Source: Camelus dromedarius
Lineage: Eukaryota
DNA length: 64,000 nt
Reading direction: 5' to 3'
Assembly (NCBI RefSeq): GCF_036321535.1
Contig: NC_087437.1
Location: 3,844,001 to 3,908,000 of the forward strand
The notes below the pieces were generated by a model that saw only the letters and a list, made by a program, of their open reading frames with translations, did no database searches and was not told the DNA's origin. The position numbers and the translations under genes are program-made. Of the stretch, positions 1-13,463 are shown one piece after another. Within the stretch, counting starts at the first letter, position 1. Each line of letters begins with the position of its first letter.

Positions 1-3000
1 AAGAGGTTTTATTACAGCACTTGAGCTTAATCACAGGATCTAAATGTTCCAAGTTCAAACAAACCCCCCACACGCCTCCTTGCTCCTCTGCCAAGTCTGA
101 GCAGCTGAATGCAGGTGCCGACTCGCGCCTAGAGACAGGTAAACCGGCAGAAACTGAGTCACCAAGTGCTGTAAGAGCAACACCCTAAGCAAACACCCAT
201 CAGCCCCAACAACAATGTAAGCAAAATGATACCTGTTCTTCGGCTCTTTGGTTTCTCAGCATGGATAAATATTTTCTAATTGCATGGAGAGGATATTTTT
301 TGAAAAAAGAGAATCTCGACTGAGGCAACAGATTATCCATGGTGAGGAAGGCACGGAGACGCTGACTCGCCCCTCCCTGTCAGCACCGCATGAAGTCTAG
401 ACACTTCACAGTTCCTCTGATGCCTAAGGATTTGCTTGTAGCTTGACCACTCTCCTGCAAACAAAGCAGATATTCCCCTCACAGCTTCCTCTTTGGGGTA
501 GAGTTCTCAGTGAAGCCAGGCAGCCAAGGTCCAACACTGTCTAAAAGCGGCCAGAAACGCAACCAACGCCCAGAGGGCTGCGGGAGCCGAGGAGTGGAGG
601 GGCTGGTCCGCCCAGTGCAAATTGCTCAGTGGTAGTGATGCGACTGTCCTATTTCTAGCAACGGCGTTCTGTTGCAGGCTGTGTTAATATTAGCTAGCTG
701 TGACTTTCCACACCCACAGACTCTCGGGAGGTTTAATCTTAATTCTTCCGACAGCTTTTCTAGCTCTTAAAGAGGACATGACATGTGTTTTTTTTTTTCC
801 TGTATACTTCCAGAATTCTTATCAGCACAAGCACATGCAGACAAGCCTCAGCCGCATCTCAGCTCTAAAGTGTTGAATCATTCAGTCTTGAGAAGCATTG
901 TTTTAGGAGATTTCTTTAAAAAAAAAAATCAACAAATTACTTCAACTCTTCGTTGTCATTAAAGGGTTCAGTGTCAGCACTGAAAACGTCTGGTTTACAC
1001 GGTCATGCATTATGCAACATGCCCGGGAACCAGATCCTTTTTCTTAACTGAACAATAGCTTCAAACAGATTCTGTTCTGAGTTAAAAGGCTTCTCTCTTA
1101 GAATCCTTATCGCAAAACCACAGGCTGAACCCAGAACATTAAATTTCCCCAGGCTTTGTTCTGAGTCTAAGGAAGAAAAAATGTTGCACATTTACTTTCT
1201 AACTATTATAAAAAAAAGGGGGGGGGGGTTCATGCTTAAAAAGGAGAACCAGATAAGAGGTCTCTGGTCTTAGGGGACATGAAATCATAAAATTTGGAAG
1301 TTCAATATTTTCTTAATACTCTATGGAAGTCACAGGGTTTCTGAGCAAAGTCCCCAAGTAGGCTTTGTTGTTTTATTACCTTTTTAAACTTTGCAGTAGC
1401 TGGTTCATTTGATGAAACATTGGCTGCGTCTGTGAGGGGCTGTCATGTAGAGGCCAGGCTGTACATCACCCAAAAATCACGAGGCCCAGAAATTTGCTTT
1501 CAAGTGGAAAGAGAGCTGCTCTTTTCCCCCTTCAGAGAGGGCACTGCAGGCTGGGGTGCAGGTAGCAAGCAGAGGTCAGGGAACCCATGTTGCAGCCTGA
1601 ACCGCCCCTTCAACAGCCTCTCTGGCCCTCGCGGCTGGGCCAGTTACCTTCCGGGAATATACTTGAGCGGCCTAATGTGGGCTGTGCTGTGAGCAGCCCA
1701 GGCCATCTGTCTGGCTGGCATCAGCCCACTTGCAAGGTGATCTTCCAGTCTCACCAGGGCCAGGCTGGCCATTCTAGGAAGTCCTCTGCATAGTGCTGCG
1801 GGGCGGGCTCCCCGGGGGAGGCCCTGTCCTCCTGTCCCCTCTGCAGGGGCACGGCTTGGTGCTTCCAGAGGCTCTGCCAGCCTTCCTCTATAGGCTGGAG
1901 GCAACCAGCTCTAACAAGGGTCCCAGAGAAGCAGCATGCTTGTGAACCACAGGACTCTAAGCGGATGTGTTGTGACTTAGGAGCTGGGCCACCTGGATGC
2001 CCTGGCCCTGGAAGGAGGGGCCCTCAGGGCACTGGGAATAGGCAAAGGTGCCATTTATACACACCCTCGAGGAATCCACAAGCTGCCCTTTTACTTCTCT
2101 TTTTAAAAATAGCTAAAACTTCAGAGATGCCTCTTACTGAGTGCAGAGCCAGCAGCCTGCCAAACACCCACGGAACGGCTGGCGATCAAAGCCTCTTCCG
2201 AAAGGGACCAACACAAAGCAGACTTCATTTCAAATGGTTGTTTCATGACCACCTTGTCCAGGGTTGAGGAGAGTGATGAAAAGAGATGGGGAGGGAAAGA
2301 AAAAAACAAACCAAAAAAAATCTATCCTGACCAGACTGAGCATCAAGAGAGAAACTGGTGAAACACATGCAACTAAAATTCCCTTAGGAGTTCAAGTGAT
2401 ACCAAATATAAGTTGTGTCTAATAATTATTGGGCACATGAGATAATGTATCTCATGTAATCCTACAGTACCCTTTGGGGAAATTGGGGCTCAGAGAGGAC
2501 AAACAACCTGCCAAGTTCACGCAGCCACAACGCAGAGAAGGCATTCCAACCAAACAGGCTGACCCCATCATCTCCAGAGTCTCGGTTCCCAATCCGTTTA
2601 AAGCACAGCCCTTTAGCCCACATGCAGAAGTGCGTTTCTGAGGACGCCTCTAAGGGTTAACCTGAAGAAGGAAAGGAGTTGCCTTGTTAAAGAGAAACAC
2701 AAATGCAGACTGACTGGAATTTAGAGACCAGGATGATTAGGTTAGAGCCCATGCACCTTCATGAAAGACCGCACAACTTCCTACCCCGGATTCCTTAAAA
2801 ATAAGGCTAATGCTCATTATTTGCCTCTTCAAGTTTCCTTTAGGAAATGATTCTGGTGATCTGGAAGAGTCTGTATTCGTTGATACAGGTTTTCTGCTTC
2901 CCAGACTTTGGAAACTACTGTAATCTCGGTTTCTGTCTGACAGAGGTCCATTTCTCTTAATATTTAACATAAACATGGTGTGGGTGAGAGTGGCCATCCC

Positions 3001-4302
3001 TGTGTGTTCACAGTGTGGCCATCTCCGCACCTCAGCCTGGAGGAGGGCCGCTGGATTGCCCCCAGGACCCAGCCGCCTTGGCGAAAGGCAGTGCCCAGAG
3101 TCCTGGCGGCTGCAGTGTTTGTCTGCAAAGACCAGAAGAGCCCAGTGTTTCTTCCCCCTGCAAAGCAGCACAATAAAGAGCAGACGATGGCCTGTTACCT
3201 GTACAGCTCACTCCCACCCCTCGTCCTCTATTCGATAGAAAGATAACCAGCAGAAACCACAAACCCAGGAACATCCCTAGTGGAGGCTGCAATCCCACGG
3301 GGAGAGGATGTTCGTGTGTTCTCTTTAATTTCTAAGAATTACCTGCTTTTTCACAAATAGCTTGAAATATGAGGAATCTCAATGTCTTCACTTGAAGAGC
3401 AACATAAAGAGGTAAAATTAAAGCCAGAAAAAACAGCGCCAAGCAGGTGAAGAGAGAGCTGTTTTCCAGTTCACTCCTTTTCAAATGCTGGAGGAGGTGG
3501 GGGGAAAGGAGGGTTTGTGAAGCCATCTAGCACTATGCACTGCACACAGTCGGTGTTTCATTAATGCACACCAATGTATATTCATTAAAGCGGAAGGGAA
3601 AGAGGAAAGAATGGGATCCAAGTGTTCAATTTAGGATGAGGAACAGGAAAAAACAGAAAATGTCCCTCCAGGATACCTTTCATTGGCAGGGTTTCCAAAC
3701 TGCATCAAAAAGGCCCCAAACCCCATTCAAACCCATCTCTCTTTTCCTTCCACTCAGTGCTAAGAGTTTCCATCAGGAAAATGGTTCCATCCTCTGGGAA
3801 TGAATCCAGCCCGGATATAAAATGAAGGGCAGGCAGTTTGAATGATGGAGGAGCAGCTAGCCCAGAAAACAGAAACCGTTTTTCATTATGAATTCCACTG
3901 AGAAGTCACTCTCATCCCTCTAGGTCTGTGGATATTGGTCCAGTCTCCTGCCTCCAAGGACAGTTGTAAATGAAATCAGGAGAGGGAGAAGCGAGGCCTT
4001 CACCACTGCTCATCAGGACAAGTTCATGCAGTACCAATATTCTGCCTTCTTGCCCGATTAAAACACTTGTTCACATGACAACATTTTCTTGGTGCCCGTA
4101 CCATGTAGGGGGTAATTATCTCGTATTAGCATATGATGCATTTTTGTTTTCCCAAAACCCACATTCAGAACCTCCCAAGTTCCTATTATAATCCAAATTC
4201 AATATTGCTGGTATTTCGAATTGCTCTGCGACCTATACAACTTTTAAGCTTTCTGCTTTCTGGTTTCAAGTATTGATTTCTCAAATTTAACAATAACTCT
4301 GT

Positions 4303-4449
4303 GGGGTGGGTAGGATATAGCTAAGCTGGGTGCTTAGCATCCACGATGTTTAGGGTTCAATCCCCAGTACTTCCATTAAATTAGTTAATTGATTGATTGA
4401 TCTAATTTCCTACCTCCTCAAAAACAAAAAAAAATTATTTAAAAAACTT
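4303..4449 (+). mobile_element. tRNA-derived SINE (camelid Vic-1-like)
   Basis: B-box gggttcaatcccc, A-rich tail, 12-bp TSD caataactctgt at 4291-4302 and 4450-4461. Confidence 0.85.
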
Positions 4450-4529
4450 CAATAACTCTGTACCCATGGGACACTTGTCTTCCACACATACAAAAAGTTA
4501 TTTTCTGCATAGGTGAGGAGACACTTGAA

Positions 4530-4676
4530 TGTGCATCAGAAAAGCCCAGATGGCTGGCCCCAGCCCCAGAGTTTCTGCTACAGTAGGTCTGGGGTGAGGA
4601 TGAGATTTTGCATCTGTAACAACTTCCCTGGTGAAGCAGATGCTCTGGCCTGGGGACCTGACTTTGAAAACCATGG
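4530..4676. mobile_element. MER5A-like hAT element
   Basis: ccccagagtttctg...agtaggtctggggtg...ttgcatctgtaacaacttcc...actttgaaaaccatgg. Confidence 0.7.
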
Positions 4677-5964
4677 GTTTGGGTGCTGGTGGGTGGACAC
4701 GGCCACAAAGGGACATCTCAGATGGAGTGGGAAGGACAGACAGCCTGTTTGCTGGAGCACTAGGAGACTTTCCATCAGCTCCACATCTTAAAACGCACTT
4801 CCCCAGGGGTGGTGGCTTTCCTCGCAGCCACTCTTGCTGGAGCCTTTCCTAGCAAGAACCCCTCCAAACACCCCAGTGGAATCTGCTGGGCTCTGCCTGC
4901 AGTGTCTGGGGTGCTTTGAGATGGGCCCTCCGCTAACTCCGCCTCCTCTCACCCAGTCTTGAGTGTCCTCTCAGGACCTGACTGAAAACCATTCCTTTAG
5001 CAGAAACACAACATGCCCCCAGCACACTTACTGTTCCCGGTGGGCTTGGGGGCGGGTCCCTGGAGCCCTGTCACCTTCTCCTCAGGACACGGTCTCCTCC
5101 CAGCCTCTCCGCTGCAGCCATTCTGGGCTCCTTCTGAGAGGAGGAAACCAGAAGAAGAAAGGGGGGGGGATTGGTTCAACCCTGGGGAACCTTCAAGCTG
5201 GCAGTCGTGCTACCTATAATTGTGGATGAAAACTAGCAATATGATTTCAGAAATAAGGAAAATACATGTTTCCCTTAGCTCTGCCTAAGTAGGAGGCTGG
5301 AGGGAGGGGGAAAGTGCGGCAGGTTGGTGTGCCCTCTAGTGCCTGGTGGTTTGAGAATTAAGGATGTAAGTGAAAGCAGATGTGTGACTGGGCCAGGCCC
5401 ACCCCACCTTGGCAGGTGATGGCCCTTGGGATAAAGAAGTGATTGATGTAACCCACCTTCTCATTTCTCTGACTCCATTGCCTGGGAAAAACTCAGGGGC
5501 CAGAGAGCTTAGAACCTCCAATGAGCCTCAAATACTGTCTTGGGTTCTGGTGGAAAGGCCCAGGCCTGAGGAGCATATCTGGGTAACTCACCCAGTTTGG
5601 CTGGGCAGTCTAATGGAGGTGGCAGCCAGATAATCTAAAAGAGAGAGATTGTGCATGCAATTTGGGGGAGAGAAATTGCCTGTCACAGTGAGGCCTACAC
5701 AGTCATGTTCCTCCACACTGGTGTTCTTGAGTTTTTCTAATACAAAAGGCAGTTACCCTGCACATGAAAATGATGTCTGCCCTCAGCTGAACCACCAAAC
5801 AGCATTAGTATTGGTGCAACCCAGACAAAACACAGCTAACAATCACCTGGGTAATTATGACCAGAATGTAAATTTTTCATTGCTAAAATCTTAGGTGTCA
5901 AAGTCAGAGGTATATGGGATGATGTGTTTGTTTGTTTGCTTATGCAAGACTTGTTAGGTGTTCC

Positions 5965-6135
5965 TTAGAGCCTTGCTAATCCTGTGGTCCACACACCGGG
6001 GCATTCGTATCGCCCATCCCAGAGCTTGAGAGGGACACAGAATCTCAGGCCCCACCCTACATCTCCTGAATCTGAATCTGCATTTGGACAAGAGTCCCAC
6101 GTGACTCTTATGCACCTGAAAGTTTGAGACCAATG
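5965..6135. mobile_element. MER5-like hAT element
   Basis: cagaatctcaggccccaccc...gaatctgaatctgcattt...aaagtttgagacca. Confidence 0.7.
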
Positions 6136-7201
6136 CCTGGGGATAAATGCAGAACTCCTACATGCCTCCACCCCACCACGCACATAGCTTGACCTTTATC
6201 TCTCCAGGATACCTGTCCCTCGTCTGTAGCTCCCTGGCTGGGGACTTCTTCACGACCTCCGTCAGTGCAGTCACTGCGCCTCGTCCACTGTTACGTCAGT
6301 GCCTCACAGGTGCTCAGTATGCCTTTATTTAAGGATGGATGACTGAGTCTACGTGTCGGGTAGCACTTGGGTGTGAGCTGCCTGGAGTTTTCACAGATCT
6401 TGTCAGTCTCTGAATCCAGACTGATTATGTTAGAAGTAACAGCCCACTGGTTCACGTCTGCATCTGTTTGTGTAGAATCTCCTATTGCTGAAAACTGCCA
6501 CCCAAGTATTTCTGGGCACTGTCAGAGTATCTCTCATACAGTTTCCAGCAAGTCCTGGCCAGCTGCCACGTACTGTCCACTCTTCCTTTCCAAGTGTCTT
6601 TTCTGGTCCCCTAACCCTGCTCAGTGTCACTGCTGTTGTCACCTGGTGTGTCACTGTGTACCTACAGTGAGGCCCTGAGTCTGTTGAGGTCCAAAGCATC
6701 TTCCAGTCTCCCCATTTAACTCACTGCTCTCTGTTCCCCCACATTTAGGTCATGAATGTCCTCCCAGGGGCCTCCCATTCATCCATTCTTGGGGGCTTTT
6801 CAGCTGCAGCTCCCAGGACCCCCTTTCACTACCCACCTGCCCTTCTGCCTTCAGCGCAGCTCAGAGCCCTTGCTGTGGCATCCTCACCTCGCCAGCCGCC
6901 CTTCTGGGCAGGGTCGCCTTTATGATGACCCCGGATTCCACACCTGGGTCCCAGAATTGAACACCCCTGCCTGCCCCCAAAGGAGAACAGAGGGACTCAC
7001 TGGATACAGTCTCAGCTTGTTGCCGTGAACCCCCTCCCCGTTCTCAGGAGCAAGCCACATCAACGTCTCCAGGTGCCTCCCTGAAAGTTAGAAGTGAGGG
7101 CCCCACACTGCACCTTCTCCCATGCTGGGGCGTGGTCTCTCCAAATGAATACTTCGCACAAAATCATTTCTGTCTTTCCACTTGCTCGACTCTTTTTCAG
7201 T

Positions 7202-8022
7202 TGACCAGGACTCTCTCCTTGACCAAACTTGAGTCAGCTCCTCTGAGATTTCTCTTTGACTATAACTATGTCCCAACCTTGTCTGCTTAGTCCAGTGTTA
7301 GCAGAAGTCCTGCTGGGTCCACTTAGATTAACTCTCCCACCCTTGGTACAGTATCTCCCTGGCTGGCCTTCAGCAAGACTCCTGTTGAGTTGGTCTAGTA
7401 AGAATCCTCTAGCCTTCATCTTTCCTCCTGGAAATTTTTCCATCCACTGACCCCCAGCCCTGCTCCTCGGCCATTGTTGGGCTGCACCTTGCAGGCCTGC
7501 CAGCCCTATACTCCCCCAGCCTCAGGACCAAACAAAGAGCCCAGAGACATCAATGGCTTATCGGACAGGGGATCTTACACGCCAGGACCGGAAAGTCCTG
7601 GAGGGACATCCCACTGTCTGCAACGGGCAGGACGCAGCAGTAGTCTTAGCTACTGGCGGGAGAAGGAGGCTACTGTTTATGGAAGTGAGGTCGGCTTGGC
7701 TCATCAGTTGCCAGGGAGACCAGTGACCAGCGGCCAGGGCAGGGACAAGCCGGGGGCGGTTGCTGATTCAGCCCTATAATTAAGAGAACTGGACAGTCAA
7801 ATGAGTCGGCAGGGACCAGTCAAGCAGGGATGTACGGAGAGCAAGAGGACAGCCGTGTCGAGTGGCCTGACCTTGCAGCTGTCAGCCTCCGCTCGTCCTT
7901 GGGCCGTTCAGGGGTGAGCCCTGTCTCGCTCCCTATGCCAAGCCTCCACTGCGGTTGTCCCTATTGAGCCGTCTCCTTTACCATATTTGACAAGTGTCAA
8001 ATGAATAATTTTTCCTTTAACA
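7202..8022 (+). mobile_element. MER31/MER67-like LTR interrupted by a second LTR
   Basis: tgaccaggactctctccttgaccaaact...tttcctttaaca; TSD cagt/caat. Confidence 0.7.
7475..7877. mobile_element. LTR-like insertion nested in the MER31-like LTR
   Basis: TG...CA ends, degenerate duplication gccat/gctgt, host sequence resumes afterwards, CpG-richer than the host. Confidence 0.55.
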
Positions 8023-8174
8023 CAATGTGGGCAGGAGGCTCAAGGGGGCTGTATGAAACACGTTTGGGTTAAAGCCTTTGAAGCCTTTCCTATGATTCTA
8101 GTACCGTGCCTCTCAGTATTTTGTGTGCATATAAATCCCATGGTGGGTCTGGGCTGGAGCATGAGACTAGACAC

Positions 8175-8815
<641 letters not shown>

Positions 8816-9109
8816 GAGACTCGACACTTCTGACAAGTTTCATGGCAAGGCTGATGTTCCATGCACCCCACTTTAATTAGCAAGGGCCCAGCACCTCGTT
8901 TGGAAGGCAAAATCCACAGTATCTCAGAGCCTCTGTGGGAAGTTCAATTTTAATGTCCTGTTACGTGAGTTTCCCCCTAAGAGTCAACACAATGTGCTAC
9001 TTTTCTATGCATTTGTTTATTCTTGTTTTGTTTCTTCCACTGGGATGTAAGCTCCATGAGGACAGGAGCCACATCCGCATTTTTTTCCTTTTCTTTTCTT
9101 TTCTCAATT

Positions 9110-9195
9110 GTATTTCTTTTTTTTAAAAAAATTGAAGTATAGTTGATTTACAATGTAGTGTTAATTTCTGGTGGACAGCACGGTGGTTCAGTCAC
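9110..9195 (-). mobile_element. Short L1 3' tail
   Basis: T-rich tail then attgaagtatagttgatttacaatg, as at 23570-23600. Confidence 0.75.
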
Positions 9196-10217
9196 GTCCA
9201 CATCTTGGTCATCGTTTTATTCCTAGCCCTGGCACAAATAGCAATGCACTTTGGAAGGCAGGGCGCAGGACAGCAAGCAGTACCTGACTTAGCAGAACAG
9301 AGAGCTGAAGCTTCAGGCAGCAGCCCGGAAAGCAGGAAGCAGAGGAGAAACCAGCGGGCGCCGCAGAATCCCCAAAGGTTCGGGAACTGGCGGGGCAGGG
9401 AGCACTGGAAGCGGAGGTGGAAACAGGAAGACAGGGTGAAAAGCTCTAAGAAGCATTTGGACTGGATCCCTCCTCACTCCATTAAGGAGAGACTGACATT
9501 TGCTTGCAGAAGACTGGAGATGGCTTCTCTCCTGCTCATGTGGTTCTTTGGGTTTGTGCCTTTGCTTTTCACACACTGCCTGTTATCTGAGAGGACGTGG
9601 CGGTGAAGCCCAGGCCTCTCTGTGAGTGGCTGCCCCCTTTGTCCTCCTTTCTTTCTTTTTTAACAAGGTTAGTATATTTTATTCTCTCAAACACCTCGTA
9701 CACTTAACAGTATAGACATAAATCCCACAGACAAAACCTTCCTGAAGGTTTAAGCAGTTCTTTAGCTGGTAGGTCAGACTTAGGAATTTAATCATCATAT
9801 TCTCCTAATCATAATAGACGTCTTTAAAAAATCATATGTATAAAACAGCACGTGGATTTTTTTTTAAAAAAAACTTACTACTAAACTAAATTTACACAAA
9901 GATATCACTAGCTCAAAGACCAAAAAATTCTAAATGCTTTTCTGGGGTTTTACTCACTACCATCCTAGGCCAGCTGATATTAATCAACTGAAATTGAATC
10001 AGAATTTGAACCCATTTCCTGGGCTGTTACTGCACCCCACTTTGTTTCATAATTTCAGATGTCTGTTGACTCCCATCCTGTGGCATTTTATTGACTATAT
10101 GAGAATTACATACAATAATTTATATAAACAGACATTCTTATCTAATATTCAGCACACCAGAAGTAGTTATTCGTCACAATTAAGAGTTAGAAAGGAACAG
10201 AAAGAAGATTTCAAATA

Positions 10218-10648
10218 GCCTCCCAATATTATCCTCCCCTTCCTTATAACAAAGCCTAATTTTCCTCTGGGCACCGTGCACCCAGCTGGTAGATAACCTT
10301 TCTCAGCTTCCCTTGCAACTGGGGTGACATGTGACTAAGTTCTGGCCGATCAGATGTAAGCAGAAAAAAGGTGCAATGTAGAAAGTATAGGAAGTTTTCC
10401 TAAAAGGAAACTTCAGTTTCCCTTCCATCTTCCTGCTGCTTCAAATGAGGAGCTCCAGCAGCCATCAAGCACCACAGCCCAAGACACAGAAAGCTGGAAG
10501 GAGTTCTGGTCCCCGATGACACTGAGTACCATGCTCCACCTGGACTGACTTCCTACAGATTTCTTTTAAATGAAAAGAAAATAAGGTTCTATCTTTTTAT
10601 GCTGTTCTTTTTCAAGACTCTGTTACTGTAGCTCGACTTAATCCTTAT
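10218..10648 (+). mobile_element. Old MaLR LTR (MLT1H/J-like)
   Basis: cagcttcccttgcaactggggtgacatgtgactaagttctggcc. Confidence 0.65.
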
Positions 10649-10903
10649 TGTCCCACCTTCCCTGCATTATGAGCTAGAAAACCAAGAATGTTGCATAGAT
10701 TAGATACATGGACCCAGTCTTTATAAAATACGTATTTCTAGTTGTTGCCACATTAGGGTTGTAGTGTTTAAATTTTTTTTTATAATATTTTACACAGATG
10801 CTAATTCTTCTTTCATTAAATTAAATTTTTTTCAATAGACTTTATTTTTTAGAGCAGTTTCAGGTTCACAACAATCGAGCAGAAAATACGGAGTTAGCAC
10901 ATA

Positions 10904-11013
10904 GTTGGGTGGGGGGAGGCAGGTAACTAGATTTATCTGAGGTCCTGGGGGTTGAACCCAGGACCTTGCGGATGCTAAGCATGCACTCTAGCACTTTGAG
11001 CTATACTTCCCCT
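10904..11013 (-). mobile_element. tRNA-derived SINE, same family
   Basis: Reverse of ggggaagtatagctcaaagtgctagagtgcatgcttagcat...ggtcctgggttcaaccccc. Confidence 0.85.
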
Positions 11014-11575
11014 CTCCTTTTTCCTTCTTTAGATCTTAGCTTAAATAATACTTCCTCAGAGAGGGTTTCCATACTGCTCTGTCTAGAATAGGTTCCCCCT
11101 GGCTATTTTTTCTCACTAGCTGAGTCTCTTCTGGTGTAACGGGTTCATTGAACACAGAGAACTCACAGGGTGACATTAAAAAGCATTATTTTTGGTGCCT
11201 ACTGTCTCTTTAAATATGCGTACGCATGCATGCCCCTCACCTTCCTCTATACAGGATACTCCCCATGATTTTTTCAGTTGCTCAGAGGAACTGGGAAATC
11301 CAACTATTAACCTTAGGTCAGAAGCACAGTTTTAATTTGACCCTGCCAATTCTCAGAAAATAAATTTTCAACCTCATTTATCCACATGTCTCTCCCCTCC
11401 CTCCAGGTGAGACCTGCTAGGCATGATCGCTTGCAGGAAGAGGGAGAGGAGTGGTCCTCTTGCTCTCTTTCCTGGCCTAGCATTTCTCCTCCTCCCCTGG
11501 GTTACTGGCTGAGGTATTTGAATCTGCCCAAGCAGAGGCAGGGGAGGGAAGACAAATAATGAGGATTGAAAGTTC

Positions 11576-12051
11576 TGTGAATGAAGAATACTGCAAACCA
11601 TATCAGTAAACAAAGAATGCTGAAGCCATCAAGTCATCAGCCACTGCCGCCACCTCCCAGGGAAGACAAGCCTGCAGCCTGGTCTCTGCAGCCACTCACA
11701 GTGGTGCCCTCCGAGGGGACTCAGAACAAGAAAGGACAGAACACTGGCCCTAGATAGCTAGGTGCTTGTCAAAGGAATGAATTCAATGAGCCCAAATATT
11801 TGCTCCCTCTCATACACAGAAAAGCACTAACTTCTTTAACTTGAGATGCCTGGTTTTCTTCAGTTAAGAAGTAATCTTTTAATGTTCCAATTCCTGGTCT
11901 TTGTTGTAAAGCTCCTATGTATCCTAGCTTCTCCCTACCTCTTTGGAGCAATTCCTCAGAGCCGTCTGAGAAGCTGTCAACCGGCTCAAGTCCTCCCACC
12001 AAATAAAACATAACCCTCTACTTTCAGGCTGTGCATTTATTTCAGTCGACA
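11576..12051 (+). mobile_element. ERV1-type solo LTR (same family as the provirus LTRs)
   Basis: tgtgaatgaagaat...ttcagtcgaca; perfect TSD gttc; AATAAA at 12002. Confidence 0.88.
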
Positions 12052-12369
12052 GTTCTGACCTGGCTGGGGCTGCTGTCAGGTGTCGCACTCTCTCGGGGCT
12101 CGGCCATTATTTAGAACTTTATCTTTCCCTGGTGGTTCTTCATTCACTGAAGCCTTTAGCACCTGGCTCAGGGTCTTCCTCCCCCCCAAGGCCTGCCACC
12201 ATCCCCGAATGCGTGTCAAACCTACCAGTGTTTCGGCTTTTGGGTTTTCAGACTTGCTTTGTGGGACCTCCCTAGCCCTGAAGTTGTAAGAATATGGTCT
12301 ACATATTTTCTAATGTGCTTTATTTGTTACATTTAGATACTTAATACCATTTAAATTTTATTTTTGTAA

Positions 12370-13440
12370 CTTCATCCTTCAGCATCCCTGGGGGATTCGT
12401 TCCAGGACCACCTCAGATAACAAAATTTGTGGATGCCCAAGTCCCTTATATACAACGGTGTACCACAGTCAGCCCCCCGTATCAGCACATTCTGTAGCTG
12501 AAGATTCAATTAACCATGGATGGAAAACATTCAGAAAAAAAAAATTCAGGAAGTTCCAAGAAACAAAACTTGAATTTGACATACACTGGCAACTATTTAC
12601 CCAGCATTTATATTGTATTAGGAATTATAAGTAATCTAGAGATGATTTACAGTGTGTGGGAGAATGTGTGTAGGTTATATGCAAATATTACACCATTTTA
12701 ATAAAGGACTTGTAGATCTGCAGATTCTGACATTGTTGCCGGTGGATGCAACCGGTGTTCCAGGTTCTAGTCCCGCCCCAGAAAGAATTCAGAGACAAGA
12801 CGCAGTGGTTAAGAAAAGTAAAACAAGAATTTATTAAAGAATGGATAGCACACTCGTAGGGTAGAGCAGGCAGGCTCAGGTAAGGGGCTGTCCTGAGTTT
12901 CTTTGACAGGCTGGTTACATAGGGTGTGAAAATGAGTGGGCGGAATATTCACTGGGGAGGGGAGGGTTTGGGGTCGTATTCCCTGATTATCATCCCAACT
13001 CCACCTTCCCAAAGGGAGGAGGGACTTTTGTCCTTATTTAGTCTGGATCAGAAGTGTCATGGCCTCAGTGCATGATAGGTACTTCTGATCTGCAAGGCTA
13101 ATTTTATTGAAAAGAGGGCACAACGAGCAAAAGGCACATTTGGACACTGGAAATTCCTGCCTTTTCTCACCTTTCTTTGGCTGTCTCCAGGCCACACATC
13201 ACCCCAAAAGGTGTGGCCCCTTATCAGCCCAAAGGTTCCTTCTTTTCTTTCTCTGCCCAGGAACCCTGGTGCTTACATGATGTGTGGTGTCCTGCATTTG
13301 GCCTGTGCCCCTCCTTTCTGCCCAATTCCTGCCATTTGGTCTGTGTCCCCCTTTCCCTGCTCATATCTAGCTGTCTGCTTGCTCAAACAGTATCTGCAGG
13401 GTCCTGGAAGCAATCCCCTGTGGATACTGGGGTACAGCTC
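12370..13440. mobile_element. MER2-like (TcMar-Tigger) DNA transposon, split by an LTR
   Basis: Inverted termini gggggattcgttccaggacc ... ggtcctggaagcaatcccc, with a typical MER2 core (aagtaatctagagatgattt). Confidence 0.8.
12734..13389 (-). mobile_element. Solo LTR inserted in the MER2-like element
   Basis: tgttgcc...caaaca termini; reverse poly(A) signal tttatt near 12830; degenerate TSD acat/gtat. Confidence 0.75.
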
Positions 13441-13463
13441 TATTCAGGTCTAGTGTACACTCG

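Noticed and set aside
2844..2888. 45-nt plus-strand coding exon (NDSGDLEESVFVDT)
   Set aside because: The acceptor is good, but the donor (gttttc) is poor, I see no partner exons, and the peptide is not recognisable.
9205..9606. 133-aa ORF with a signal-peptide-like start
   Set aside because: Starts at TTG, and the region resembles an old L1/HAL1 5' fragment; no other coding support.
10940..11013. tRNA gene
   Set aside because: The A/B-box head belongs to a SINE; other copies have tails and TSDs, and no complete cloverleaf is evident.
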